64,000 nt of DNA from Nemertoderma westbladi. Lineage: Eukaryota > Animalia > Xenacoelomorpha. The translations under genes were made by a program, and so were the position numbers. The stretch is taken from positions 1 to 64,000 of the forward strand of contig JAUCBJ010002774.1 of the NCBI GenBank assembly GCA_032718475.1, written 5' to 3'. Below, in pieces: positions 1-12,723 of this stretch. How positions within the stretch are numbered: the first letter of the stretch is position 1; the number at the start of each line of letters is the position of its first letter. The notes below the pieces were generated by a model. The model saw only the letters and a list, made by a program, of their open reading frames with translations, was not told the DNA's origin and did not search any database.

Positions 1-789
1 ATCTCCAAATCTCCCCATTTTAGCTTAACTTACGAACTAATAATTCTCTCATCGCCTCAACTCATATACTCACGTTTACATTACCTGTGTTCACTGTTCC
101 ATATGTATATTTACTTCGACCTTATCTCTTCGTTTTACTAACCTTTTATTACTTTATACTTACCAACTAATAATATGTTTAAGAAAATAAACTGAAATAA
201 TTAATCTCATTAATTCCTGGAAATTAACAAATGATTAAATCACAATCATATAAAGTTATTTATAGTCCTGTAAAATAATAATATACCTAGAGTTATATAA
301 ATGTCCAATACATAATAAATCTTTTATTATGTTCAAGGTTTATTTCTTATAAAATATTTTTTATCGTAAGTATCATTCACTATATAGGAATGTCGTAGGT
401 ACGGTAGTTATAAAATATATATGCGGTCCTGTTTGCTGTTGTCATAATTATCTGCACTCCTACTTCTATAATTTCGTATCCCTTGTCGAAAACACCAACT
501 ACATAGTCCATTATGCCTAATATAATTCCATTGGTCGTCTCGCGTTAATCCTTTCCATGTTACACTTTCCTTCAACGAATGATTACCCGTTACCGGGATG
601 TAAGTAGCACCTTGAATGTAAGTTGGATGTTCGGATTATTCCTTTATTTGTGTTTCCATATTGTTCTACCGGCTCTATAAATCTAACTGCTAGTTTTTCA
701 GGTCTCCCTGGTGATTGAATTGCCGATCCTGATGTTGAGTCAAACATTTTTTATAATCTTGCTTCTTCTCCATAACCTCTTCCTTCTCC

Positions 790-1100
790 TTCGTCTCCTT
801 AGGTTTTTATTACTGGGTAATAATTCTTCTTCATATACAGTGCTTGTAGTATCTTTCCTGGATTTCCGAACCTTCTTTCTAACGCTTTCCAGGCTTGTGT
901 TAATCCGTTTGTCAATCCCACATATTGTTTCGCCACTTCGTGTGCTGTGGATGCCGTATATGCTAGTAAATATCTCATTTTCTGTTGGTCGGGATTATTT
1001 CTACTGTATATTTCCGTCATAAATATTTGTTTAAATTGTATATAGTTGGCATTTCATGATCTATTTTTCCATTGACCGATTGATGGATACCTGATTAGGC
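790..1100 (-). mobile_element. Degenerate BEL/Pao-type LTR retrotransposon gag relic (DUF1759-like)
   Basis: ORF 799-1020(-) reads KMRYLLAYTASTAHEVAKQYVGLTNGLTQAWKALERRFGNPGKIL, resembling the K-x-x-YL...AW-x-x-L-x-x-RFG-x-P pattern of Pao gag. The flanks are frameshifted and Q/P-rich. Recognised by eye only. Confidence 0.5.
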
Positions 1101-3480
1101 CAGCTCCCATTATACTTTGATTAATCTCTGGTCGCTTTGGAATTGGGGTACTACTCCTAACTGTTGCTGGCTGTCTTTGTTCATCTCTATGGCTATTAAA
1201 TCCATTGTTCTTGTACTTGGTCTCTGTTGTAGGGTTGCCGTAATACTTTATCTTGCCAATTTATTATATTTATTCCACTTAGCTGTTTGTTTCTTGCCGC
1301 ATTTAGGGCTGCTATTGGGTGGTTCCTCCCATTCGCCGCTATAAGGGCCTCCTGTTGGCTAACCACTCTATAGGGTTCTGGTTGGCTGATTGGTGCTGCA
1401 TAGATTGGCTGCGGGTTGTACTGTTGTTCCATTGGTACTGTGCTGTATTGCGCTGCGATATATTATGGTACTCTGCTCCCATCCTGCACGTTTAAGGGCT
1501 GTTCTATTATGTGTGCTCTCCCTACAGTTCTGGGATAATACTCGTATATGTCTACATTTGGGTTTAGTGCTATACGCCCGGGTTGTGCCGCGACTTCTGG
1601 GTGTACGACCCGATTCTATTCTATCTGAGGTGGTGCTCCCGTTTCATTCCCATGGAATGCTGGTCCACTCTTGCAGATCATGCGAAGCATAATTTTCGGC
1701 CTTATATGGTCCAACATCCTGGTTTGCCTTCCCATAGTTTGCCGCGCGTTCTCTGGATTACAAATATATAAAAATTATAATAAAAATATGTATGGTACAA
1801 AAATACATTATTGCGTTTTTCCTTCATCTCTGCGTTTTTCCTCCCTCCCTGGTCATTTTTCCCCGTAATTGTTTTCCCCCCTTGTTTACAGTCTGTTTTA
1901 CCCCAGCCCCTATATGCTCGGATATATATCGGACTACATATGGTCCTGGTACCGGGTTTTTATGTATATCTCCTGTTATATATAGTATACAGTCAATGGT
2001 AAAGGTAAATATAATTATATAGGCCTAGTCAATTACAAAATAATGTTAAATATATGGAAGTGCAGCGGCCTAAGATAAAACATAGTTCCATTTTATTTTT
2101 ATTTATAATTTTTAATATATTTTGATAACTCCTATTTGTGCAACCGATAGCCCACGGTATTTTTCGTTGAAAAATCAAGAAATTATCTATATCGGAACGG
2201 TGGTTAAATATATTGCAGTATAAAATGATAATAAGTAATCTACTGTTATGGGTGCCATTGGCGAGTTGTCTGTCGTCGTCTGTCGTCGTAAATTTTTGAT
2301 CGCTAATAACTCAGTTATTCCTTGATGAAATTAAACAAAACTTGGTACATATGTAGTCCGTCAAAAGTTGAGAAAGAATCGGAAGTTTTATCAAAAACGA
2401 ACGAACGCAACGAGGCACATGAGGAGGACGAGTATTGTGTTGAAGAAACTCGTTAATGGTACCCATATGCTAAAGGCTTTGCTCACTTCGTGCTGTGCGA
2501 AGACCCCACGAATGTGTTATTCCTATGTGAATAATAGTGCATAGAAATAATATAATAGGGATGACAAATGACATAGTAAAGATTAATCGGTATGTATCGT
2601 TTCCTATTTGTGAAATCGGAGTTTCGGTTTTTATTTTTATAGTTTTTTACTAAGTTAATATCGTATTTACCATTTTCCGGAAAAAACATTATTTATACGT
2701 TTTGATTTTAAACTCTCATCGTAATACAATAAGTTTGGTAAGTGAGATTCAAAAAGAGATTTAAAATTATCCGAAGTACGGATTGAATGTGAGCAGTGAT
2801 TATTTTATTACGATAATTATTGTTACCTGTGATTGCATTATTGATATATATAAACCCACCCACACTTGTAGTAAAAATTATTAAATATTTAGCATCAATA
2901 ATTAATTTGTTTGGTATTTGAATTATTAATTATCTTCATACTTAATAGAGATCCACAGATTATTCCATCAGCGGCGGTGCTGTCCCGATAAATCATATCT
3001 AACCAAGTGAGCCACACCATACCAGCTGCACTCCTGCACGCACTGTTAATAATTATATAAATATATTTGGATATATACAATATATACAATATATACAATA
3101 TATATATACTGAAAATAATAATATTGCGTTGTTATATATCGAACTGTAATAATAATAAAACGGTTAGTAAAATATAACACCGTTATTGAGATGTGTAACA
3201 TAATATTATTTAGTTTATTTACAATGTAAACAATATAATACAATACTAATAATCTATAATTAATATTATATTATTTTTATTGGCTGCTTAGCGATTGAAT
3301 GAAAGAAGCGCTGAAGTGTGATACTAAAAAGCTGTTACCAACTTAGTAGCTTTATAACAAAGCAGCTCTTTTATTGTAAATAATCACTGCACTGATTTTA
3401 ATTTCATTGAAATTCATTATAATGCTGATAATGAAACTAGTTTGTTAATTTATTTACTTATTGACCTTCTAATAGTACAA

Positions 3481-4373
3481 CCCTTAATACAACAACAATT
3501 TTTAGGGGGTCGGAGCCCCCCCCCCCCCCCCCCCCTAATTTTTTTCAAATTTCAATAAAATGCTACGAAATTCGGTATGATGATAGATCGACACCTTTTC
3601 TTACTGGTGGTCTGGCCGGATTTATCAATTTCTCAGTTATTTCCATACAACAAGCCCTTAAAAATGTCTATTTAGCAATGTTTAACCACCTCCGTAGACT
3701 TTATTTTACGTCTTTGAAATGTAATCTACAGTAGATATCATTCGAAGCGCCTTTGTCTGTAGATTCCGAATCTGAAAACCGTTTTAAATTTAACCGAAAA
3801 TTGGTAAAGATATTATCAAAATTCTAAGGTGTAAATTTAGAGACATAAATCGCTATAATTCTGATGTTTTGTTGTCTTTATTCTAGAATATTAATTATTA
3901 TTTAGCTCAGCGTTTAAAACTTTCCATCTTGTTTTTTCATTATCCATAATTAATATTCTAGAATTGAATAAAAAACACATTAGAATTATAGCGATTTACG
4001 TCACAAAATGTACACCTTAGTTTTTTGATAATATCTTTACCAATTTTGGTTAAATTTAAAACGGTTTTCAGATTCGGAATCTACAGACGAAGGCGGTTCT
4101 AATGATATCTAGATTACATTTCAAAGACGAAAAATAAATCCGACGGAGATGGTTAAACATTGCGAAATAGACAATTTTTAACGGCTTGTTGTATCGAAAT
4201 AGCTCATAAATTAAAAAATCCGGCCAGGCCACCTGTAATAAAAGGTGTTGATCTATCATCCATACCAAATTTCGTAGCATTTTATTGAAATTTGAAAAAA
4301 ATAGGGGGAGGAGGGGGGGGGGGGGGGGGGGGGAGGAGCTCCGACCCCGTAAAAATGGTTGTTGTATTAAGGG
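3481..4373. mobile_element. Foldback/MITE-like element with long (~400 bp) inverted arms
   Basis: Starts CCCTTAATACAACAAC (3481) and ends GTTGTTGTATTAAGGG (4373). Inner sequence is mirrored, e.g. AGATTCCGAATCTGAAAACCGTTTTAAATTTAACC vs GGTTAAATTTAAAACGGTTTTCAGATTCGGAATCT, and polyC vs polyG. CCCT..AGGG ends are piggyBac-like, but the TTAA TSD is not intact. Confidence 0.8.
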
Positions 4374-4539
4374 TTATGGTGTATTGAAATTTTATAATAA
4401 ATATTTACAGCTACCGTTAATTCCTTTGTTTGTATGGGAACAATACATATTTATGTTAAAATAAGTCGTTTTCGTTAGGACGTAGTAGTAAGCACTAAAC
4501 AGTACCCCTACAACTAAACATTTTAATGCTAACCTTATT

Positions 4540-5265
4540 AGGTGCTAGTGTGTTATAGGTACACCCCCCTAAAAAAAATTTTACTAGCTAGTTTTTGCTA
4601 TTTCTTCTTATGAACATTTTCCAGAACATGTTAGCTAATTTATAAAAAATTCATGAATGTTCTAGAACAAATATTTCAATTAAAAAAAAAAAGAAAAAAA
4701 GAAAAAAAATGTTCTAGAACAAATAATTTTTGTTCTAAAACATTTTTTTGAAAAATATAAATATATATATTTTTTTTTAATTTTTGTAAAATTTGATTAA
4801 TCTAATTTTTATCGTTGCTGGCAAGGTGAGTGGGTGGGTGGGGTGTAGCTAGTATTTTTTTAATAGCTAATTTTAAAAGAAGGATTTCACTGTATTGAGG
4901 TCATATATTCAGAAATTAATTACATAGAAGACTTATAGGCCTACTGCATAAGACTTATTAATTCCTCTGAACTCAAATCAGTCATTTTTACAACATGCAA
5001 TTATTATTCTTAGCTATAGAAATTAAAATAATCTTGAAAATATAATTACCTTGATATCAAATACAACATCACTAATAAAAAATATAATATGTAAGTTTTT
5101 TAAAAATTGGTTCTAGAACAAAGAATATTTGTTCTAGAATATTTTATTATATAAATTATTAAATATATGACATGTTCTAGAATATTTACAAAAAAGTCGG
5201 CAAAAATTTGCTACAGTATAATAAAAAATTGAGGGGGGTGTATACCTATAACACACTAGTACCCT
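4540..5265. mobile_element. MITE with terminal inverted repeats
   Basis: AGGTGCTAGTGTGTTATAGGTACACCCCCCT ... GAGGGGGGTGTATACCTATAACACACTAGTACCCT, flanked by TTATT on both sides. Internal repeated TGTTCTAGAA palindromes. Confidence 0.75.
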
Positions 5266-5516
5266 TTATTAATTATTATTACGTAATTACTGATATAGAA
5301 TAAATAATGCGAAATCAACACATTTATCTTTTAGATCGTTGATTTGATTAATATTATATTATCAGCATTATTTTTGGAAGATTTATTGGTTTAATTACTA
5401 TTATTGTCCGCGAACATTAAAGTCTTTATTGTCGGCACCTTTGCGGACAATACAGGGGATATTTTGAAAAAATATACCTGTATGTAGTGGCCACTATTCG
5501 CTAAACTCAACTTAAA

Positions 5517-6719
5517 ATGAAATTACTGAAAGTGTTGCTATGTATACTGGTTACCTTAACAACAATATCAACTATATATTATACCTCTTTTGGAAAGACA
5601 ATGGATAGTTTTTATATAAATAATTTAATATATAAATACAGTCCCAACCCTTCACCGAACAATGCAATATATAAAACTAATCCCAACACTACTACTCCAG
5701 CAAACTATGACATCACTAACATTGATAACTCTACGCCTCTCAACCGTTCCAATGTTATATATTTCTTGAAGCAACACAAATGTGGCAGCGAGACAGTTAG
5801 CACGGTTCTCACGTGGTTCGCTATTCGGAATCATCTGAGGATAGGAGTCCCGAAACCATGGCATCTTCATTTCGTGATATGGACATCTCGTTTTTTGCCT
5901 CAACTATTGATGGGCAACGGGAAAGGTTACACAGCAACATCCTCCAGCAACAAAGTCGACGTTATCTACCTTCACACGGTATACAACGCAACCACAGTGG
6001 AGCGAGTAATGAAACCGGGTTGCAAACGTGTCTCTATCGTAAGGGAGTCGGCTCGCCAATTCGACTCCATTATGGCCCATTTCTGTGTGTTTTTTCCTCC
6101 ATGTCTGAATGTTTTTAAGAACCGCAGCAATGTTTTGGCTTATTTTGTAGCCAATCCAGACGAATTTTATATTAATGGAAACAAACAATTTCCTCTGAGA
6201 GACCCAATGATGTTGAATTTCGGTTTTCAGTTTAGTAAAAATGCCGAAGTCGGTGAAATTAAAGCCGCCATTAACTACATTGATAAGGAATTCGACTTAA
6301 TAATGGTCCTGGAGCGTTTCGATGAATCGATGGTTTTATTAAAGAAGTTGATGGGCTGGACGTTCGACGATATAATATATATTTCCATTAACGCCAGGCA
6401 GAAAATAGTTGTACATCCTCTATCCGCAAACCTAACGGAACAACTCAAAACGATCAACAAGGCGGACGCCATGCTTCACGACTACTTCAGCAGTAAACTC
6501 GAGGACCACATAAAGGTCTATGGTGTGGAAGAAATGGAGGCGGATGTTACCGAGTTCCGTCGACTTAGGGGAGAATTCATCGGTGGTTGTCCGCGAAGAG
6601 GAATGAGGGATATATTTACGGCTTCGGATATCAACGACAGATGTAAGGTACTTCAACAAGCGAACCCCGCAATAGTTCGACTTATACAACAAGGCAAATA
6701 CAAATATGATCCAGAATAG
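5517..6719 (+). CDS. Galactose-3-O-sulfotransferase (GAL3ST family)-like type II Golgi membrane protein, single coding exon
   Basis: 400-aa ORF with an N-terminal signal anchor and Thr/Asn-rich stem. 5'-PAPS motif YFLKQHKCGSETV, 3'-PAPS motif SIVRESARQFDS, and family segment FDLIMVLERFDESMVLLKKLMGW. Confidence 0.88.
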   Translation: MKLLKVLLCILVTLTTISTIYYTSFGKTMDSFYINNLIYKYSPNPSPNNAIYKTNPNTTTPANYDITNIDNSTPLNRSNVIYFLKQHKCGSETVSTVLTWFAIRNHLRIGVPKPWHLHFVIWTSRFLPQLLMGNGKGYTATSSSNKVDVIYLHTVYNATTVERVMKPGCKRVSIVRESARQFDSIMAHFCVFFPPCLNVFKNRSNVLAYFVANPDEFYINGNKQFPLRDPMMLNFGFQFSKNAEVGEIKAAINYIDKEFDLIMVLERFDESMVLLKKLMGWTFDDIIYISINARQKIVVHPLSANLTEQLKTINKADAMLHDYFSSKLEDHIKVYGVEEMEADVTEFRRLRGEFIGGCPRRGMRDIFTASDINDRCKVLQQANPAIVRLIQQGKYKYDPE

Positions 6720-6829
6720 TTAAATAATAGTTTCGTTAAAATAATGGCTTAAAAGTTTTTTTTACGAAACTTTATTTCAATAAAAATTGCGGTGAATTTG
6801 GGCTGCAAATCAGTTTTCACTTGCGTATA

Positions 6830-7719
6830 GCGGCAGACCGATTAAATCTCCCCCCCCCCCCCCCCCCCCCCACAAAGACGCAGCATGTGGTCCAGAATAT
6901 ATGGCAAGATTCAGCTTAAACTGATTAAAATCAATGAGACGGGAGAATCTATTCACTTTCAGGCATAAAGTAGTAAATATATATATATATATATAAATAG
7001 CGGGTGACTGTTGAACTGTTTTTCAACAAAACAAATTTTCAACTTGGCAGCTTTAAATTCGACAAAGTTATAAGCATGTCAATATCATAACGACGACAAC
7101 GATTTCACTTTCAGACATTTGGCCCTCTAGCGGCAGACTGGAGAACTGCAGATGGATTCGCCTCCTTTGAAAGTCACAGCTAATGGTCTAATACATATCT
7201 GCCAAGTTTCAGCTTAAACGGATTAAAAGCAAAGAAATGGGAGGGCATTTAATGTTTAGACATGTGGCCCTCTAGCGGGAGACCATTGCACTGATGGTGT
7301 CTGAAAGTCTCTCAAAAATCTCAACTTTAGCTCATATTGATACCTACAAATTTTCAACTTGGCAGCTTTAAATCCGACAAAGTTATTAGCATGTCAAAAT
7401 CGTAACGACGACAACGATTTCACTTTCAGACCTTTGGCCCTTTAGCGGCAGACTGGAGAACTGCAGATGGATTCGCCTCCTTTGAAAGTCACAGCTAATG
7501 GTCTAATACATATCTGCCAAGTTTCAGCTTAAACGGATTAAAAGCAAAGAAATGGGAGGGCATTTAATGTTTAGACATGTGGCCCTCTAGCGGGAGACCA
7601 TTGCACTGATGGTGTCTGAAAGTCTCTCAAAAATCTCAACTTTTGCTCATATTGATACCTACAAATTTTCAACTTGGCAGCTTTAAATCCGACAAAGTTA
7701 TTAGCATGTCAAAATCGTA

Positions 7720-7760
<41 letters not shown>

Positions 7761-7857
7761 AACGACGACGACGACGACAACTATTTGCATAAATTGACCC
7801 ACCCCCTAACAGTGTCAATTCGCTAAGGCTCCGCCAACTTCGTGGCTCGCCCCACAT
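6830..7857 (-). mobile_element. Helentron/HINE (DINE-1)-like non-autonomous element with internal ~315-bp tandem repeat and (GAC)n microsatellite
   Basis: AAATTTTCAACTTGGCAGCTTTAAAT recurs at ~7033, ~7348 and ~7663. (CGA)n tract at 7720-7780. The end motif GTGGGGCGAGCCACG (minus strand) recurs at ~23190, 24808, 45504, ~45965 and ~57967. Family assignment is an inference. Confidence 0.55.
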
Positions 7858-7909
7858 TCGATTTAAATGATTACCTTAATTCCTTTTACAAGTTTGTATT
7901 TTGCCAGTC

Positions 7910-8012
7910 GCTCTGACCAATGAGGCTTTTCTCTGTGCATCAATATTTCTTATTGGCGGGAATTTTCAAGATAGATTTCTGGGCTTTATTTGCTGGCGGG
8001 GATTTCAAATAG
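7910..8012 (+). promoter_or_regulatory. Possible promoter module (CCAAT plus two E2F/CDE-CHR-like sites) upstream of SF3B3
   Basis: CCAAT at 7917, TTGGCGGGAATTTTCAAG at 7953 and CTGGCGGGGATTTCAAA at 7993, about 1.4 kb before the SF3B3 ATG. Motif match only. Confidence 0.3.
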
Positions 8013-9362
8013 GCCTACTGTAATACTCAAAGGTGTGGTAATACTGCAAAGTCTAGCTAGAGTCAGAGAGTAGATGCAACTTACAGACTTACATTGCTGC
8101 CGATACCTATTTCAGTATAATTTGGCGTTCCCATTCCCTCTGCCCGACTGGCTAGCCCAGTAGCCTATATTACAGTCCTGCAGTATTACTGCTGTACTGT
8201 ATTGCACCAGTCAGCCGGTAGGAGGTCAGGCTTTTTTAAATACCGGTACATCCTTGTGGTGTGGCTTGCCTTACAGCTGTACAGGTTGCAGCCTTGATAT
8301 GAGTACGACAGTACGGTACATCGTACTACAGTCAGACAGTACTACACTTACCTGCTTACACTACCAGACTACAGGTACAAGGTACAGACAGCACTACCGT
8401 CTGACCGTCACGTTTCACTGTCAGATTGTTGCAGTTATCAGACTGTCAGAGATTGGCATTGACACGCAGCCGCAGCGGTTCCCTGGTTGCCATGCCAATA
8501 CTGACTGACTGAATACTGTAATAGGTGTCGTTCAGTCGTTGTCAGTTACCGCAGTACCGGTACAGCGGTAGGTCTATCAGTTGCAGTTAGTCATTCCAGT
8601 TCAGGCTGATCCGGATCCGTGCTCTCCCTGTCTCGTGTCTCCTACCACCTCTGCACCTGTACGGTACCGGTACCTGCCTTAGGCTGTTAGGACACAGTAG
8701 GCCTAGTCTGTTAATATTATGATGTATCGTACAGTCAGACAGTTGTACTATAAGTAGTGTAATCGTAATGCGTAATGCAGCACCGGTACCGGTAGGCCTA
8801 CCTAATAAATGAATGATTAATTGTAATGTAATTAAAACTGTCATGTTACCCTGTACTGCTTTAACCCTACCGGTAACAAAAAATGCCTAATTAAATACCC
8901 CCAAAACCACAATATAGTGCGCTAGGATCAGGATGGCTGTCGTCGGCTGCTGAGCTGTGTCTGGTACACTGGATGACTGGTACTATATATTAAATACATG
9001 CACCCAGTCAGCCGAATGTGGAATGTGTGGAAGCTGGAAGGAGGGCCTTGAAGCCGCATTGTAGACTTTGTTCTTGGCTTTGTTCAAGATTGGCAGATTG
9101 GTGTTGAGTTATTTTACTGTTATTTTTAGCTATTTGATGGTATACAGACAAACTGACCGAGAGTAACTAAGTCGATACAACTACCGGTGGGCCGTAGGTT
9201 TAATCCTATTATTAATTATTGATCATCCTAAATTTAGATTAAAATGTTATTAAAAGTAGGCCGATTGATAATTCGAGCTAAACCTATCGATCTATATAAT
9301 ATTTTGTAATATATTCAATTCCTCATTCATATCCGCAAGATCATTTATCAACATTAAGTGAA

Positions 9363-9588
9363 ATGTATTTATATAACCTGACTCTGCAACGGGCAACTGG
9401 AATAACTCATGCAATTCATGGAAACTTTAGTGGAACTAAACACCAGGAGATTGTCATTTCCCGGGGAAAAATCATCGAGTTGTTGAAACCGGACACAAAC
9501 ACTGGTAAACTGTATACACTGCTGAGTGTAGAAGTGTTCGGAATAATTCGTACTTTAATGCCATTCCGACTGACAGGGGCAAACAAAG
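9363..9588 (+). CDS. SF3B3: Splicing factor 3B subunit 3 (SAP130/Rse1), coding exon 1
   Basis: MYLYNLTLQRATGITHAIHGNFSGTKHQEIV...FRLTGANK matches the SF3B3 N-terminus. Donor AAG|GTAAAC, phase 1. Confidence 0.95.
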
Positions 9589-10509
9589 GTAAACTCTATT
9601 TTGGAACTGTTATTAAATAAATCTATATTTTTCTAAAATACGACAAGAAAAAATAACAAACAAATTAATTAAATACAATAATAACGTACACTGATGTGTA
9701 CCGGTACCAAACAAGAAAAAATATGAATATATGATGAATGAATATAATAGTTGTTGTTAGCTGTATCAATATTATTATTCACAGTGGTTCTTGAAATCAT
9801 TAAAACGTTTTGAATTTAAATTTTAGTCCTTGAATTAATGTATTCTAATTATTATTTTAAATATTGTCACTGTGTAATAATATTAATAATCACTGCTAAC
9901 ACTACTTGCAGAGACGAAGAAGAGTAAATGGGTTGCACAACATGAATGGGCATACAATCCTTCCTGGCTTCTACACGGCTATTTCTGCGTTTACTATTAA
10001 TGAATAGTAATAATACTCCAATTTATATATTTCAAATTGAATTTAAAATATATATTTTCATATTTTTTTTTATTGTTTAGCTTCTTGCTCCGTTTCCAGT
10101 TTGAGTATATTTTTTTGACCAACATATTCGATTTTGTTGCCAAATAGGGTACTATGAATAATTATTGGACCTATTGAAAATTGTGAGTTAAATTTTCGTT
10201 TTTTTTTTTCAATTTATTTTACAGCTAAATGTTAAGTCAAGGAATTCCTCTCATAAAATATAATAATAATACGGTGTAAACTAACTTTATACCGGTTCGC
10301 AAATCCCACCTTGGAGAATTAGTATCTCTCCTCAATGTTAACTTGTCAATAATATTGTCAATAATTAACATATTGCAATACCTAGATATTACTTAAACAC
10401 TATATTAATTATTATTATTATTACTATTATTAATTATCTGTTGTTATTAACTACAACACGTATTATTCAATAATACAATCCTAATTGAAGAAGCTTTTAA
10501 TTATTTTAG

Positions 10510-10680
10510 ATTACATTGTATGCGGTACCGATTCAGGACGAATATCTATTCTAGAATACGACGCTAAAAAGAATGTGTTTGAAAAAGTTCATCAAGAAAC
10601 TTTCGGGAAAAGTGGCTGTCGACGAATTATTCCGGGACAACATCTGGCGGTCGATCCTAAAGGGAGAGCCTTGATGCTTG
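10510..10680 (+). CDS. SF3B3: SF3B3 coding exon 2
   Basis: TTTTAG acceptor; [17 protein letters not shown]...[30 protein letters not shown]; donor TTG|GTAGGT. 171 nt, phase 1-1. Confidence 0.95.
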
Positions 10681-12620
10681 GTAGGTGGGGTAACTGGAAG
10701 GTGTGGTACATGGTAGGTGTGGTACATGGTAGGTGTGGTACCTGGTATGTGTGGTACCTGGTAGGTTTGGTACATGGTAGGTGTGGTACATGGCAGGTGT
10801 GGTACATGGTAGGTGTGGTACCTGGTATGTGTGGTACCTGGTAGGTTTGGTACTTGGTAGGTGTGGTACATGGTAGGTGTGGTACCTGGTAGGTTTGGTA
10901 CATGGTAGGTGTGGTACATGGTAGGTGTGGTACATGGTAGGTGTGGTACCTGGTAGGTTTGGTACATGGTAGGTGTGGTACATGGTAGGTGTGGTACATG
11001 GTAGGTGTGGTACATGGTAGGTGTGGTACATGGTAGGTGTGGTACATGGTAGGTGTGGTACCTGGTATGTGTGGTACCTGGTAGGTTTGGTACATGGTAG
11101 GTTTGGTACATGGCAGGTGTGGTACATGGTAGGTGTGGTACCTGGTATGTGTGGTACCTGGTAGGTTTGGTACATGGTAGGTGTGGTACATGGTAGGTGT
11201 GGTACATGGCAGGTGTGGTACCTGGTAGGTGTGGTACATGGTAGGTGTGGTACATGGTAGGTGTGGTACATGGTAGGTGTGGTACATGGTAGGTGTGGTA
11301 CATGGTAGGTGTGGTACATGGTATGTGTGGTACAGGGTAGGTGTGGTACATGGTAGGTGTGGTACATGGTAGGTGTGGTACATGGTAGGTGTGGTACATG
11401 GTAGGTGTGGTACCTGGTATGTGTGGTACCTGGTAGGTTTGGTACATGGTAGGTGTGGTACATGGTAGGTGTGGTACATGGTAGGTGTGGTACTTGGTAG
11501 GTGTGGTACCTGGTATGTGTGGTACCTAGTAGGTTTGGTACATGGTAGGTTTGGTACATGGTAGGTTTGGTACCTGGTAGGTGTGGTACATGGTAGGTGG
11601 GGTAATTGGTATGTGTGGTACATGGTAGGTGTGGTACCTGGTATGTGTGGTACCTGGTAGGTTTGGTACATGGTAGGTTTGGTACATGGCAGGTGTGGTA
11701 CATGGTAGGTGTGGTACCTGGTATGTGTGGTACCTGGTAGGTGTGGTACCTGGTATGTGTGGTACCAGGTAGGTGTGGTACCTGTAAGTGGTACCAGGTA
11801 GGTGTGGTACATGGTAGGTGTGGTACAGGGTAGGTGTGGTACATGGTAGGTGTGGTACATGGTAGGTTTGGTACATGGTAGGTGTGGTACATGGTAGGTG
11901 TGGTACCTGGTAGGTGTGGTACCTGGTAGGTGTGGTACATGGTAGGTGTGGTACCTGGTAGGTGTGGTACATGGTAGGTGTGGTACATAGTAGGTGTGGT
12001 ACATGGTAGGTGTGGTACATGGTAGGTGTGGTACCTGTAAGTGGTACCAGGTAGGTGTGGTACCTGGTAGGTGTGATACATGGTAGGTGTGGTACATGGT
12101 AGGTGTGGTACCTGGTATGTGTGGTACCAGGTAGGTGTGGTACATGGTAGGTGTGGTACATGGTAGGTGTGGTACATGGTAGGGTTGGTACATGGTAGGT
12201 GTGGTACCTGGTAGGTGTGGTACATGGTAGGTGTGGTACATGGTAGGTGTGGTACATGGTAGGTGTGGTACATGGTAGGTGTGGTACCTGGTAGGTGTGG
12301 TACCTGGTAGGTGTGGTACATGGTAGTTGTGGTACCAGGTAGGTGTGGTACAGGTACCTGGTAGGTGTGGTACATGGTAGGTGTGGTACATGGTATGTGT
12401 GGTACATGGTAGGTGTGGTACTTGGTAGGTGTGGTACATGGTAGGTGTGCTACCTGGTAGGTGTGGTACATGGTAGGTGTGGTACATGGTAGGTGTGGTA
12501 CATGGCAGGTGTGGTACCTGGTAGGTGTGGTACCTGGTAGGTGTGGTACATGGTAGGTGTGGTACATGGTAGGTGTGGTACCAGGTAGGTGTGGTACATG
12601 GTATGTGTGGTACCGGGTAG
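10672..12620 (+). repeat. 16-bp satellite (TGGTACATG|GTAGGTG)n, block 1, starting at the SF3B3 exon 2 donor
   Basis: About 120 units with variants (CCTG, CTTG, GTATGT, GTTT). The first unit overlaps the exon end TGATGCTTG|GTAGGTG. Confidence 0.95.
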
Positions 12621-12723
12621 ATGAGTGTGTAGATTTCTTAAGCCCAGTGCTGACTGACTGCTTGGCCTACTGCTTGCCTACCGCTGTTACTGCTACTGAC
12701 CACAGGCTACTTTGATTTTGCAT

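Noticed and set aside
10551-12567. Long His/Thr/Pro/Tyr-rich minus-strand ORFs (also 16459-18495)
   Set aside because: Translations of the 16-bp satellite, open in all three frames because the unit lacks stops on that strand.
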